IMG/VR virus record: IMGVR_UViG_3300034102_002786
Coordinates: 18,413-82,412 of that record
Reading direction: 5' to 3' (one strand)
DNA: 64,000 nt
Source: a virus
Lineage: Duplodnaviria > Heunggongvirae > Uroviricota > Caudoviricetes
Part shown: positions 49,141-55,996 of the stretch, in pieces
Layout of the letters: every line of letters starts with the position of its first letter
How positions within the stretch are numbered: position 1 is the first letter of the stretch
Notes under the pieces: model-generated
Told to the model about the DNA's origin: nothing
The model's input: only the letters and a program-made list of their open reading frames with translations
Database searches by the model: none
Translations under genes and position numbers: made by a program

Positions 49141-49174
49141 TTTGGAAAATTGAAAAAGATTTCGTATCTTTACT
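49141..49174 (+). promoter_or_regulatory. tandem promoter copy P4
   Basis: TTTGgaaaattgaaaaagatttcgTATCTTTActctgttc. Confidence 0.5.
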
Positions 49175-50368
49175 CTGTTCTTAAAACAAAAGTTCTTTAA
49201 CATATTGAAGATACTACACATAGTAACCTTGTGTTACATAGTGTACGATGGCCGCCTATGGTCATTAAATAAACTACGAAAGTAGGATAAAGTGAATCAT
49301 TTGGTTAAATGATTTGCGGTTTGTAATCCGTTTAGGGTTATGAGCTTGAGTAGGCAAGTGAGATATTACTTGGGCTTTGTATGTGAGGGTAACACTGTAG
49401 CAGAAGAGTTTGGGTAACTGGGGGTATGTAGAACCTTCGGTTGAGTTCGGAAGAACAATAAGAATAACTCATAGAATTATTGTAAGACATAGAAAGCTAA
49501 TCCCTTTTTACTATTGCGTGATTCAATACCAAAGTGGTCTTGATAATCAAGCTATCCGAAAGGACGTAAGATAAGACTGTGTACGCGTGGTGGCGTTACT
49601 ATCCTTTAATGTGGGACACCAATCCCTATTAATGAAGATGACTTGAAGTATGGCGTTGAGATAACGCATTGGGTAGTTTAGTATTCTCTCGTTCAAAAGA
49701 TGGGGGAGCTGGTGATGGACCGCTACCTGAATCAATCTACAAACCAAAACTTTATATTTTCAATTTAGGTTTGAAAAACTATAATTAAACATAAAGCATA
49801 AGTGTCCATCAGTTGTGACCGAAAGGTGCATACATAGTTGGGAGTTGTTCCCAGCCATAAACGCCCGCAAGGTGGTTATGATTTTTACGAAAAGCTTATA
49901 GACCCGCAAGGTTGAATCAGTTCGGCAGGATTGAATAAGGGGAGTAGTAAGAGAGTAAGTTACAACTTTAAGAGTGGTTATACTTTACTAACCTGCATTG
50001 ACTGGTACATCTCAAAAGGGTGTGGAAACGAAAGGAATCAAAATAATCTTTCTAAAGCTAGTTATCCCAACGTGTATTCTCAACGTTTTTACTTTCTCAA
50101 TGGTTGTATATTGGTTCGATTCCAATAGAGAGAGCAAATTCATCCTGTAAGATGAATTATCGTGGTCTTTCTTTTACATAATGTTCACCTATTGAGAATA
50201 AAGAGTTATGTAGACCTAAAAGAACAAAACTAATGTAGACAGTATAGGCTGGTTTTTGTAAGTTTGACTGTTAATCCCTTATCAAATAGGGCTAAACGAA
50301 AATGGTTGACACGATAGATACCTGTGGTTAGGCAAGCGCTCGGAAAGTTCCCACCTTACAAAAAAACT

Positions 50369-50440
50369 TTCCATTTATGCGGTGTAAGTGTTACGGTAGC
50401 ACATTTCACATTCCAGTGAAAAGGAGAGGTTCAATTCCTT
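50369..50440 (+). ncRNA. tRNA-like element (pseudo-tRNA) with a 6-nt anticodon loop
   Basis: Acceptor TGCGGTG/CACCGCT (6 of 7 bp), T-arm AGAGG-TTCAATT-CCTTT, anticodon stem TTCAC/GTGAA with loop ATTCCA. Confidence 0.2.
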
Positions 50441-50505
50441 TCACCGCTCTACTAACAACTGAAAAGTTGTTCGTTTCATATCTTAATTTTTATTACAACT
50501 TAGAT

Positions 50506-50530
50506 GGGGGTGCTTCGGCATCCCCTATTT
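50506..50530 (+). terminator. rho-independent terminator with a UUCG tetraloop
   Basis: GGGGGTGC-TTCG-GCATCCCC is an 8-bp stem followed by TATTT. Confidence 0.55.
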
Positions 50531-50776
50531 AAGCCTGATGAAACTAACAACAATTCGGAAAAAATTATTTATATATACTTATTAATATAACAAAGTGATG
50601 AAAACTTTAACACTACATACAAATTGTTCGCAACCTACATTGAGAAATGAGTGGGCAGGCATTCGTATGTTTAGTACGATTAGTAATCCGGCAAACTTAG
50701 GCAAGGTGGATTATATTTGTACACAGTTAGAGGAAGCATCAGGTTGGTAATAGATTATACTTAAAACAACATAGAA

Positions 50777-50816
50777 AGACCTCTAACTGAATCAAATCGG
50801 TTAGAGGTTTTTTCGT
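50777..50816 (+). terminator. rho-independent terminator
   Basis: AGACCTCTAAC-(12-nt loop)-GTTAGAGGTTT followed by TTTTT; ends 6 nt before tRNA-Asn. Confidence 0.6.
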
Positions 50817-50821
50817 TTTAA

Positions 50822-50893
50822 GCTCCTTTGGCGCAGCGGTAGCGCAGCAGACTGTTAATCTGTTGGTCCTTGGTTCGAATCCAAGAGGGAGCG
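50822..50893 (+). tRNA. tRNA-Asn (GTT)
   Basis: Acceptor GCTCCTT/AGGGAGC, D GCGC/GCGC, anticodon loop CTGTTAA, T-arm CTTGG-TTCGAAT-CCAAG. Confidence 0.85.
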
Positions 50894-50926
50894 CAGTATA
50901 TGTTCTTTGACATATTGGGATAAGTT

Positions 50927-51001
50927 GGAAGTTTAGCTCAGCTGGTTTAGAGCATCACGTTTACACCGTGAGGGTCATAGGTTCGAATCCTGTAACTTCC
51001 A
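50927..51001 (+). tRNA. tRNA-Val (TAC)
   Basis: Acceptor GGAAGTT/AACTTCC, D GCTC/GAGC, anticodon arm TCACG-TTTACAC-CGTGA, T-loop TTCGAAT. Confidence 0.85.
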
Positions 51002-51106
51002 CAACATGTTCCATACACATTCCTACAATCTCTCAGTTGAAAGCTGTTGTAGGATTGAGTGAGTAGCACGATAGGGCTATCAAATGTGAGTTATATGGAA
51101 CGCCAT

Positions 51107-51188
51107 TGGGGTATCGCATAGTGGCAATTGCGGCTGACTGTAAATCAGCTCTCATTTGAGTTCGGCGGTTCGAGTCCGTCTACCCCAA
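51107..51188 (+). tRNA. tRNA-Tyr (GTA), class II with a long variable arm
   Basis: Acceptor TGGGGTA/TACCCCA, anticodon arm GCTGA-CTGTAAA-TCAGC, 14-nt variable arm, T-arm GGCGG-TTCGAGT-CCGTC. Confidence 0.8.
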
Positions 51189-51192
51189 CACC

Positions 51193-51265
51193 GGTGATGA
51201 AGCTAACTAGGTAGAAGCGAAAGACTGAAAATCTTTAGGAAGTGGTTCGATACCACTCATTACCA
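51193..51265 (+). tRNA. tRNA-Phe (GAA)
   Basis: Acceptor GGTGATG/CATTACC, anticodon arm AAAGA-CTGAAAA-TCTTT, T-arm AGTGG-TTCGATA-CCACT. Confidence 0.8.
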
Positions 51266-51287
51266 CTTAACAATTAAAAAAACAATT

Positions 51288-51497
51288 ATGGCAGATTTTA
51301 ATCATGGAGTTGGTACATTAATAAAAGAGTTGGTGACACCAAAAGGAAAAATTGAAATGGGTAGTAAAGGAATAGTAACTGCGTATCTACCAGAAGATGG
51401 TAAGTTCGCAGTAGATTTTGGAAATGGACAATGGATAACATTTGATAAAATATCATTGGACGAATATTGTAAAATAGAATTAGAAGATAACAATTAA
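51288..51497 (+). CDS. hypothetical protein embedded in the tRNA array
   Basis: 69-aa ORF between tRNA-Phe and tRNA-Lys. Confidence 0.4.
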   Translation: MADFNHGVGTLIKELVTPKGKIEMGSKGIVTAYLPEDGKFAVDFGNGQWITFDKISLDEYCKIELEDNN

Positions 51498-51537
51498 AAA
51501 CAAATACTATGGAAAGTGACAAGTATGACAAAAGTCA

Positions 51538-51611
51538 GACCTCTTAGCTCAGTTGGTTAGAGCACTATACTTTTAATATAGGAGTCAATGGTTCGAATCC
51601 ATTAGGGGTCA
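51538..51611 (+). tRNA. tRNA-Lys (TTT)
   Basis: Acceptor GACCTCT/AGGGGTC, D GCTC/GAGC, anticodon arm CTATA-CTTTTAA-TATAG, T-arm AATGG-TTCGAAT-CCATT. Confidence 0.85.
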
Positions 51612-51686
51612 CAAAAAGTTCCGAACTTAATATTGAGTTAAAATAATGATGTACACATTATACGATAGGATGGAAACCTATCACAT

Positions 51687-51760
51687 TGGAGTATAGCTCA
51701 GTTGGTTAGAGCGCTAATCTGATACGTTAGATGCCGCAGGTTCGAATCCCGCTACTCCAA
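51687..51760 (+). tRNA. tRNA-Ile (GAT)
   Basis: Acceptor TGGAGTA/TACTCCA, D GCTC/GAGC, anticodon arm CTAAT-CTGATAC-GTTAG, T-loop TTCGAAT (one A-C mismatch in the T-stem). Confidence 0.75.
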
Positions 51761-51765
51761 CACAC

Positions 51766-51836
51766 ATGGGTATAGTGAAATGGTATCATGCCGGTCTCCA
51801 AAACCGTTGTTGTGGGTTCGAATCCTACTACCCGTG
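51766..51836 (+). tRNA. tRNA-Trp (CCA)
   Basis: Acceptor ATGGGTA/TACCCGT, D GTGA/TCAT, anticodon loop CTCCAAA, T-arm GTGGG-TTCGAAT-CCTAC. Confidence 0.7.
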
Positions 51837-51841
51837 CAATT

Positions 51842-51914
51842 GGCTCTTTAGTGAAATGGATTATCACACAACGCTACGGACGTTGGGTTAAAGGTTCGAA
51901 TCCTTTAGGGGCTA
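51842..51914 (+). tRNA. tRNA-Arg (ACG)
   Basis: Acceptor GGCTCTT/AGGGGCT (three G-U pairs), D GTGA/TCAC, anticodon arm CAACG-CTACGGA-CGTTG, T-arm AAAGG-TTCGAAT-CCTTT. Confidence 0.7.
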
Positions 51915-51922
51915 CATAATAA

Positions 51923-51993
51923 GGCGAGTTGTTAGAGTGGTGATATGAAGTTCTGCAAAAACTTTTACACAGGTTCGAATCCTGTACTCGCCT
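51923..51993 (+). tRNA. tRNA-Cys (GCA)
   Basis: Acceptor GGCGAGT/ACTCGCC, anticodon arm AAGTT-CTGCAAA-AACTT, T-arm ACAGG-TTCGAAT-CCTGT; the D-arm pairs weakly. Confidence 0.75.
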
Positions 51994-52001
51994 CTTGATA
52001 T

Positions 52002-52073
52002 TGTGGGGAGATTAGGTAATCCGTTTGGTCTCATAAGCCAGATATTCAGGTTCAATTCCTGGCCCCGCAACCA
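52002..52073 (+). tRNA. tRNA-Met-like (CAT), copy 2, with a reduced D-arm and an encoded 3' CCA
   Basis: Acceptor TGTGGGG/CCCCGCA, anticodon loop CTCATAA, T-arm TCAGG-TTCAATT-CCTGG, ends A-CCA. Candidate initiator or Ile-lysidine tRNA. Confidence 0.55.
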
Positions 52074-52076
52074 AAT

Positions 52077-52151
52077 GGTGTTTGAAGCATTAAGGTGATG
52101 CGCTAGTTTGTGGAGCTAGATAAGACGGTTCGATACCGTCCTTACACCCCA
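52077..52151 (+). tRNA. tRNA-His (GTG) with the extra 5' G(-1) and an encoded CCA
   Basis: G-1 plus acceptor GTGTTTG/CTTACAC (two T-T mismatches), D GCAT/ATGC, anticodon arm CTAGT-TTGTGGA-GCTAG, T-arm GACGG-TTCGATA-CCGTC, discriminator C. Confidence 0.65.
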
Positions 52152-52153
52152 AC

Positions 52154-52243
52154 GGAGAGTTGCCTGAGTGGCCGAAAGGGCCGGTTTGCTAAACCGTTGT
52201 ACGGAGTTAATCTGTACCGAGAGTTCGAATCTCTCACTCTCCG
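52154..52243 (+). tRNA. tRNA-Ser (GCT), class II
   Basis: Acceptor GGAGAGT/ACTCTCC, anticodon loop TTGCTAA, long variable arm TGTACGGAGTTAATCTGTACC, T-arm GAGAG-TTCGAAT-CTCTC. Confidence 0.8.
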
Positions 52244-52252
52244 CATAAATAA

Positions 52253-52286
52253 TTTGGATAATTGAAAAATTATTCGTATATTTGTA
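52253..52286 (+). promoter_or_regulatory. Bacteroidetes-type promoter inside the array (-33 TTTG at 52253-52256, -7 TATATTTG at 52277-52284)
   Basis: aaTTTGgataattgaaaaattattcgTATATTTGtataac. Confidence 0.55.
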
Positions 52287-52306
52287 TAACTTAAAACATA
52301 AAAGAG

Positions 52307-52735
52307 ATGAACGTAAAACAGGCTTTAAAAGCAAAGAACAAACTTACCACTCAAATCAAAGCGTTATATGAAATCGCTAAGAATCATAACTCAATTGAGG
52401 AAGGTAACCTGCGTAGATATTCCGTAAATGGAGTATTGAATGAAGCAGAAGAATTGACCAAAGAGTTGGTTGATTTAAAAACTAAAATCCATCAGGCTAA
52501 CCAACCTGTATATGGTAAGATTTTCCTAATGGCAGAGCTAAAAGGAAAGGTAAAGCAACTTAAAGGAATGAGTTGTGAAGAAGGTAAAGTAACCGAAAGA
52601 TTTGGTTCAATCCAATCGGTGAAAGAAGTAGAAATTAATATCGCTCAAAAAGACCAAATGATAAAAGATTTGGAAAATCAAATTGAGGGATTGCAGGATG
52701 AGTTGGATGTGTATAACGCAACTACAACCATCTAA
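52307..52735 (+). CDS. hypothetical coiled-coil protein embedded in the tRNA array
   Basis: 142-aa ORF downstream of the internal promoter. Confidence 0.5.
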   Translation: MNVKQALKAKNKLTTQIKALYEIAKNHNSIEEGNLRRYSVNGVLNEAEELTKELVDLKTKIHQANQPVYGKIFLMAELKGKVKQLKGMSCEEGKVTERFGSIQSVKEVEINIAQKDQMIKDLENQIEGLQDELDVYNATTTI

Positions 52736-52947
52736 TAAAAAATTGGGAAGATGTGAGTGATGAAATTTGTTTTTATTATTATCTTGCAAATCTGACGCAT
52801 TGCCAATCAGTATTAAACGATGATGATTAAATAATTTCAACTCTCAAATCTTGATAGAGTCAACATTCGCGCAATGTCAACACACTCAAAACTCTTATTA
52901 ATTGGTAATCATATTAACTTATTGATTCACCACATCAACCCATCTAT

Positions 52948-53019
52948 GCTCGGTTCGTCTAACGGTTAGGACACCACCCTTTCACGGTGGTGATACGGGT
53001 TCGATTCCCGTACCGAGTA
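52948..53019 (+). tRNA. tRNA-Glu (TTC)
   Basis: Acceptor GCTCGGT/ACCGAGT, D GTCT/GGAC, anticodon arm CCACC-CTTTCAC-GGTGG, T-arm ACGGG-TTCGATT-CCCGT; resembles bacterial tRNA-Glu throughout. Confidence 0.85.
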
Positions 53020-53113
53020 CAATAGCATACATCACAATCAGTCAAGCCGTATTTAGCTGTTAGTGTATGTTAGATAAGAGAAAGAAACGGCTGGGACATT
53101 CTCTTATCAAAAC

Positions 53114-53185
53114 GCTTCCAAAGCATTGCAGGCGATGCGCTTGACTTGTAATCAAGATAATTCGGTTCGATTCCGGATGGAAGCT
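53114..53185 (+). tRNA. tRNA-Thr (TGT)
   Basis: Acceptor GCTTCCA/TGGAAGC, D GCAT/ATGC, anticodon arm CTTGA-CTTGTAA-TCAAG, T-arm TTCGG-TTCGATT-CCGGA. Confidence 0.85.
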
Positions 53186-53260
53186 CAAACTAATTCATTG
53201 AGGTGTTTGTCAACCAGTGCATGACATGGATGGTGCGGATAAAGGTGAATTAGTGATTAA

Positions 53261-53334
53261 GGATTGTTGGTGAAGTTGGTTATCATGCCACCCTGTCACG
53301 GTGGAGTTCACGGGTTCGAGTCCCGTACAATCCG
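53261..53334 (+). tRNA. tRNA-Asp (GTC)
   Basis: Acceptor GGATTGT/ACAATCC, D GTGA/TCAT, anticodon arm CCACC-CTGTCAC-GGTGG, T-arm ACGGG-TTCGAGT-CCCGT. Confidence 0.85.
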
Positions 53335-53582
53335 CAAAAGGTATAATTAGATTGTATATGCAATTAGCTCGGCAATCTTTAACACCTGCAGATGTGAGGT
53401 GATTATACTTTTAAGTTGTTTCATACACTTAACACACCTAGTAACAAGGTAAGGCACATAGAGTTACATAGAGGCATGGAGTAATTACCCAACGCCACAT
53501 TCGGACTACAAATGTAGATTAGGTTCAGACGTTGTAGAGAAAGAGATGTTAAGAGTAAACTTGCAAGTTGAAACAACTGTTT

Positions 53583-53659
53583 GGTTCGGTAGCTCAGTTG
53601 GATAGAGCAACAGCCTTCTAAGCTGTGGGTCAAAGGTTCGAATCCTTTCCGAATCACCA
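53583..53659 (+). tRNA. tRNA-Arg (TCT) with an encoded CCA
   Basis: Acceptor GGTTCGG/CCGAATC, D GCTC/GAGC, anticodon arm ACAGC-CTTCTAA-GCTGT, T-arm AAAGG-TTCGAAT-CCTTT, then A-CCA. Confidence 0.85.
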
Positions 53660-53674
53660 AATAAAAAGTAAGAC

Positions 53675-54121
53675 ATGAAAAATGTAACTTTAGTAACATG
53701 CTTCTTTTTGTTATTCATTCCGCATAATATAAATAACTCTGAAAGGAGTGAGGAAGAAGTTGTGGATGAAATAATAGAAAAGAAAAAGTTACCTTATGAT
53801 TTAGTGACCGTAACAACGTACACTGTATCTAAAGGTGAAACCGATTCAACTCCATTAATTACCGCAAGTGGTTACAAATTGGATAGCCTTAATCCAAAGA
53901 AACAAAAGGTAATAGCAATAAGCAGAGACCTGAAACGAAAGTATAAGTTTGGACAAAAAGTAAGAGTGAAGGGTGCTGGTAAATTAGATGGTGTATATAC
54001 CGTCAGAGATTTAATGGCGAAGAGATGGACAAAAAAGATTGATATATTAATTAACCCAGATGATAAAGGAACAAAAATCAGAAAGGTTAAGTTATATAAT
54101 GTAGCAAACATAGGGAATTAG
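53675..54121 (+). CDS. secreted 3D-domain protein (MltA/YocH-like cell-wall-binding or lytic fold)
   Basis: N-terminal signal-like segment, then VTVTTYTVSKGETDSTPLITASGYKL...VRVKGAGKLDGVYTVRD, which follows the 3D-domain pattern (TAYT..E.D..P.TASG). Its 3' end overlaps tRNA-Pro by 10 nt. Confidence 0.6.
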   Translation: MKNVTLVTCFFLLFIPHNINNSERSEEEVVDEIIEKKKLPYDLVTVTTYTVSKGETDSTPLITASGYKLDSLNPKKQKVIAISRDLKRKYKFGQKVRVKGAGKLDGVYTVRDLMAKRWTKKIDILINPDDKGTKIRKVKLYNVANIGN

Positions 54122-54185
54122 CGTAGCCCGGTATCGCGCTTGGTTTGGGACCAAGAGGTCGTCAGTTCGAATCTGGCATTCCCTA
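54112..54185 (+). tRNA. tRNA-Pro (TGG)
   Basis: Acceptor AGGGAAT/ATTCCCT, anticodon arm CTTGG-TTTGGGA-CCAAG, T-arm GTCAG-TTCGAAT-CTGGC. Confidence 0.8.
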
Positions 54186-54218
54186 CGAAAAGATTTGGAT
54201 AAGTGAAATATAAAATAA

Positions 54219-54446
54219 ATGGCAAAGTATATTAAAACCGCATTCATACGAGATTTAGAAATCAAATTGCAAAATGAAGAAATTTCATATGGTAAAGCGA
54301 TTGAACTTATTCAAGAAGAAGTTATTGAAAATTATAAAAAAGATAATACCTTATTGAAAAAAATAAAAAGATTATTAGGTGAGGTTTGGCTAGGATTTAA
54401 GATAGCTGAAGGAAACCGAAATAAATCTCAATGGGGTAAATTTTAA
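54219..54446 (+). CDS. hypothetical protein embedded in the tRNA array
   Basis: 75-aa ORF. Confidence 0.4.
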   Translation: MAKYIKTAFIRDLEIKLQNEEISYGKAIELIQEEVIENYKKDNTLLKKIKRLLGEVWLGFKIAEGNRNKSQWGKF

Positions 54447-54447
54447 A

Positions 54448-54482
54448 TTAGGATAATTAAAATATTATTCGTATCTTTGTAT
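54448..54482 (+). promoter_or_regulatory. promoter inside the array (-7 TATCTTTG at 54472-54479; degenerate -33)
   Basis: ggataattaaaatattattcgTATCTTTGtatag. Confidence 0.45.
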
Positions 54483-54504
54483 AGTTATTTGAAATAGTAT
54501 CGCC

Positions 54505-54590
54505 GCCGAGGTGATGGAATGGTAGACATGAAAGACTTAAAATCTTTTGAGCAGAAATAGCTCGTGTGGGTTCGACTCCCATCCTCGGTA
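54505..54590 (+). tRNA. tRNA-Leu (TAA), class II
   Basis: Acceptor GCCGAGG/CCTCGGT, D-arm TG-ATGG-AATGGTAG-ACAT, anticodon arm AAAGA-CTTAAAA-TCTTT, 18-nt variable arm, T-arm GTGGG-TTCGACT-CCCAT. Confidence 0.8.
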
Positions 54591-54600
54591 CGTTCAATTA

Positions 54601-54674
54601 GGGGAAGTAGCTCAGTTGGCTAGAGCATCTGCCTTGCACGCAGAGGGTCATGGGTTCGACTCCCTTCTTCTCCA
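54601..54674 (+). tRNA. tRNA-Ala (TGC) with the G3:U70 identity pair
   Basis: Acceptor GGGGAAG/CTTCTCC (G3-T70 wobble), D GCTC/GAGC, anticodon arm TCTGC-CTTGCAC-GCAGA, T-loop TTCGACT. Confidence 0.8.
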
Positions 54675-54678
54675 CATC

Positions 54679-54752
54679 GGACCTATAGCTCATTCGGTTA
54701 GAGCAACTGACTCATAATCAGTAGGTGCTTGGTTCGATTCCAAGTGGGTCCA
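54679..54752 (+). tRNA. tRNA-Met (CAT), copy 3, canonical elongator-like
   Basis: Acceptor GGACCTA/TGGGTCC, D GCTC/GAGC, anticodon arm ACTGA-CTCATAA-TCAGT, T-arm CTTGG-TTCGATT-CCAAG. Confidence 0.85.
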
Positions 54753-54760
54753 CAAAAATT

Positions 54761-54833
54761 GCGGAAGTAGCTCATTCGGTAGAGCACAACCTTGCCAAGG
54801 TTGGGGTGGCCAGTTCGAGCCTGGTCTTCCGCT
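54761..54833 (+). tRNA. tRNA-Gly (GCC)
   Basis: Acceptor GCGGAAG/CTTCCGC, D GCTC/GAGC, anticodon arm CAACC-TTGCCAA-GGTTG, T-arm GCCAG-TTCGAGC-CTGGT. Confidence 0.85.
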
Positions 54834-54893
54834 CAAAAGGACTTTAATGGTTGAAGTACAAAACCGAAGTAGGTTAGTCCCACCTACACAAAA

Positions 54894-54966
54894 GCGAGAG
54901 TAGCTCATTTGGTAGAGCGGTAGCCTTCCAAGCTTCAGGTGGCCAGTTCGAGCCTGGTCTCTCGCT
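54894..54966 (+). tRNA. tRNA-Gly (TCC)
   Basis: Acceptor GCGAGAG/CTCTCGC, D GCTC/GAGC, anticodon loop CTTCCAA (one mismatch in the stem), T-arm GCCAG-TTCGAGC-CTGGT. Confidence 0.75.
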
Positions 54967-55025
54967 CAAGTGGGCCTGTTAGTATTAGGCCGCAAGAAGA
55001 ATAGATGTTTTTCAATTACTACAAA

Positions 55026-55053
55026 CTCAAGCATTAATTTGCTTGGGTTTTAT
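55026..55053 (+). terminator. hairpin plus T-tract (weak terminator or attenuator) before tRNA-Gln
   Basis: CTCAAGCA-ttaatt-TGCTTGGG followed by TTTTATT. Confidence 0.35.
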
Positions 55054-55125
55054 TGCCCGATGATGTAATGGTTAGCATCACAGATTTTGATTCTGTTCGT
55101 ATTGGTTCGAGTCCAGTTCGGGTAA
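55054..55125 (+). tRNA. tRNA-Gln (TTG)
   Basis: Acceptor TGCCCGA/TCGGGTA, anticodon arm ACAGA-TTTTGAT-TCTGT, T-arm ATTGG-TTCGAGT-CCAGT. The track's TTG-start ORF at 55053 overlaps this tRNA and is rejected. Confidence 0.75.
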
Positions 55126-55136
55126 CAAAAAATATT

Positions 55137-55598
55137 ATGAAATATAAAATTTCATTTGAAGATATAAATAAAATAAAAGAGGTTTACAAAAATGGTAATG
55201 ATACTAGATATGTACCTAGCAATTCAGATGATATAAATAGTCCATATTTCATAAAAAGTGAAAGATTTTTTTGTGATTTAAAAAATGATGAATTACTAGA
55301 TATTATAAAAAATAATATACCAATAGATGATGTTAATGAATGTATAACATCAATTCATTATATAAATTACAAAAAAGGTGAAGGGGCAAAAGAACATAGT
55401 GATATTGGTGCATCTAATAAAACTTTTATTTTCATTCTAAACGATGAATTTGAAGGTGGTGAATTTCATTTGGATAAAAATTATGTTCCATTAGTGAAAG
55501 GAGATATAATAGCTTTTAATGGAAATCAGCTACACTTAGTTAAACCAATTAAAAAAGGAAATAGAGAGGTTTTAGTTGTCTTTCTAAAAAATAAATAA
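55137..55598 (+). CDS. 2OG-Fe(II) oxygenase superfamily protein (prolyl-4-hydroxylase/PKHD-like)
   Basis: HSD...H facial triad candidates (EHSDIG, then LHLVKP) and a C-terminal RE.LVVF strand. Start set at the ATG after tRNA-Gln. Confidence 0.65.
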   Translation: MKYKISFEDINKIKEVYKNGNDTRYVPSNSDDINSPYFIKSERFFCDLKNDELLDIIKNNIPIDDVNECITSIHYINYKKGEGAKEHSDIGASNKTFIFILNDEFEGGEFHLDKNYVPLVKGDIIAFNGNQLHLVKPIKKGNREVLVVFLKNK

Positions 55599-55625
55599 AA
55601 ATTTTAATAATTAAAAACAAATGTT

Positions 55626-55889
55626 ATGGGATTATTTTGGACGTATTATGTAATTTGTTTCATCTATTGTCTTGTAATGTCAATACGAAAATGGAATAGA
55701 GATGTAAGAGCAGGTGGTTTAGGTATATCACCTGGTTTAGATTCTTTGGCTCTATTGATTATGTGTTGGATATTAGCACCAGTAGATATATTCTTAACTT
55801 GGGTTAGGGTATATAAAGAAGCAGAAGAAGCAAGAAGAAATCAAAGTACTTTAGATACTAAAGACTTTAAAGATGAAAAAGTATTCTAA
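55626..55889 (+). CDS. small membrane protein
   Basis: 87-aa ORF with two TM helices. Confidence 0.45.
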   Translation: MGLFWTYYVICFIYCLVMSIRKWNRDVRAGGLGISPGLDSLALLIMCWILAPVDIFLTWVRVYKEAEEARRNQSTLDTKDFKDEKVF

Positions 55890-55906
55890 TTATTAGAGTA
55901 CTAAAC

Positions 55907-55991
55907 AGAGAGTTGGCCGAGTGGTTGATGGCGGCAGTCTTGAAAACTGTTTTACTGAAAGGTAACGGGGGTTCGAATCCCTCACTCTCTG
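55907..55991 (+). tRNA. tRNA-Ser (TGA), class II
   Basis: Acceptor AGAGAGT/ACTCTCT, 3-bp D-stem GCC/GGC, anticodon arm GCAGT-CTTGAAA-ACTGT, 16-nt variable arm, T-arm GGGGG-TTCGAAT-CCCTC. Confidence 0.8.
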
Positions 55992-55996
55992 CACAT

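Larger units (their letters stand above)
49176..50530 (+). ncRNA. candidate large structured noncoding RNA(s) of unknown class
   Basis: About 1.35 kb lacks any ORF above 70 aa in six frames, in a genome otherwise ~95 percent coding. It is visibly GC-richer than its flanks, starts after promoter P4, contains many hairpins and ends at a UUCG-loop terminator at 50506-50530. Confidence 0.3.

Noticed and set aside
50047-50134. An 88-nt tRNA candidate ending in the T-arm ATTGG-TTCGATT-CCAAT plus acceptor AGAGAGA
   Set aside because: The acceptor pairs (TCTTTCT/AGAGAGA), but no acceptable D-arm or 7-nt anticodon loop could be drawn. It is treated as a tRNA-like fragment within the ncRNA block.
49176-50535. 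Group I or group II intron, RNase P RNA or tmRNA as the identity of the ORF-free block
   Set aside because: I could not find the P7 or GACUA-type group I core, a group II domain V, the RNase P GGAAAGUCCGG or AGGGUGAAA blocks, or a tmRNA tag-reading frame. The class remains open.
55053-55136. TTG-initiated N-terminal extension of the 2OG-oxygenase ORF
   Set aside because: It overlaps tRNA-Gln (55054-55125) completely. An ATG in good context follows at 55137.
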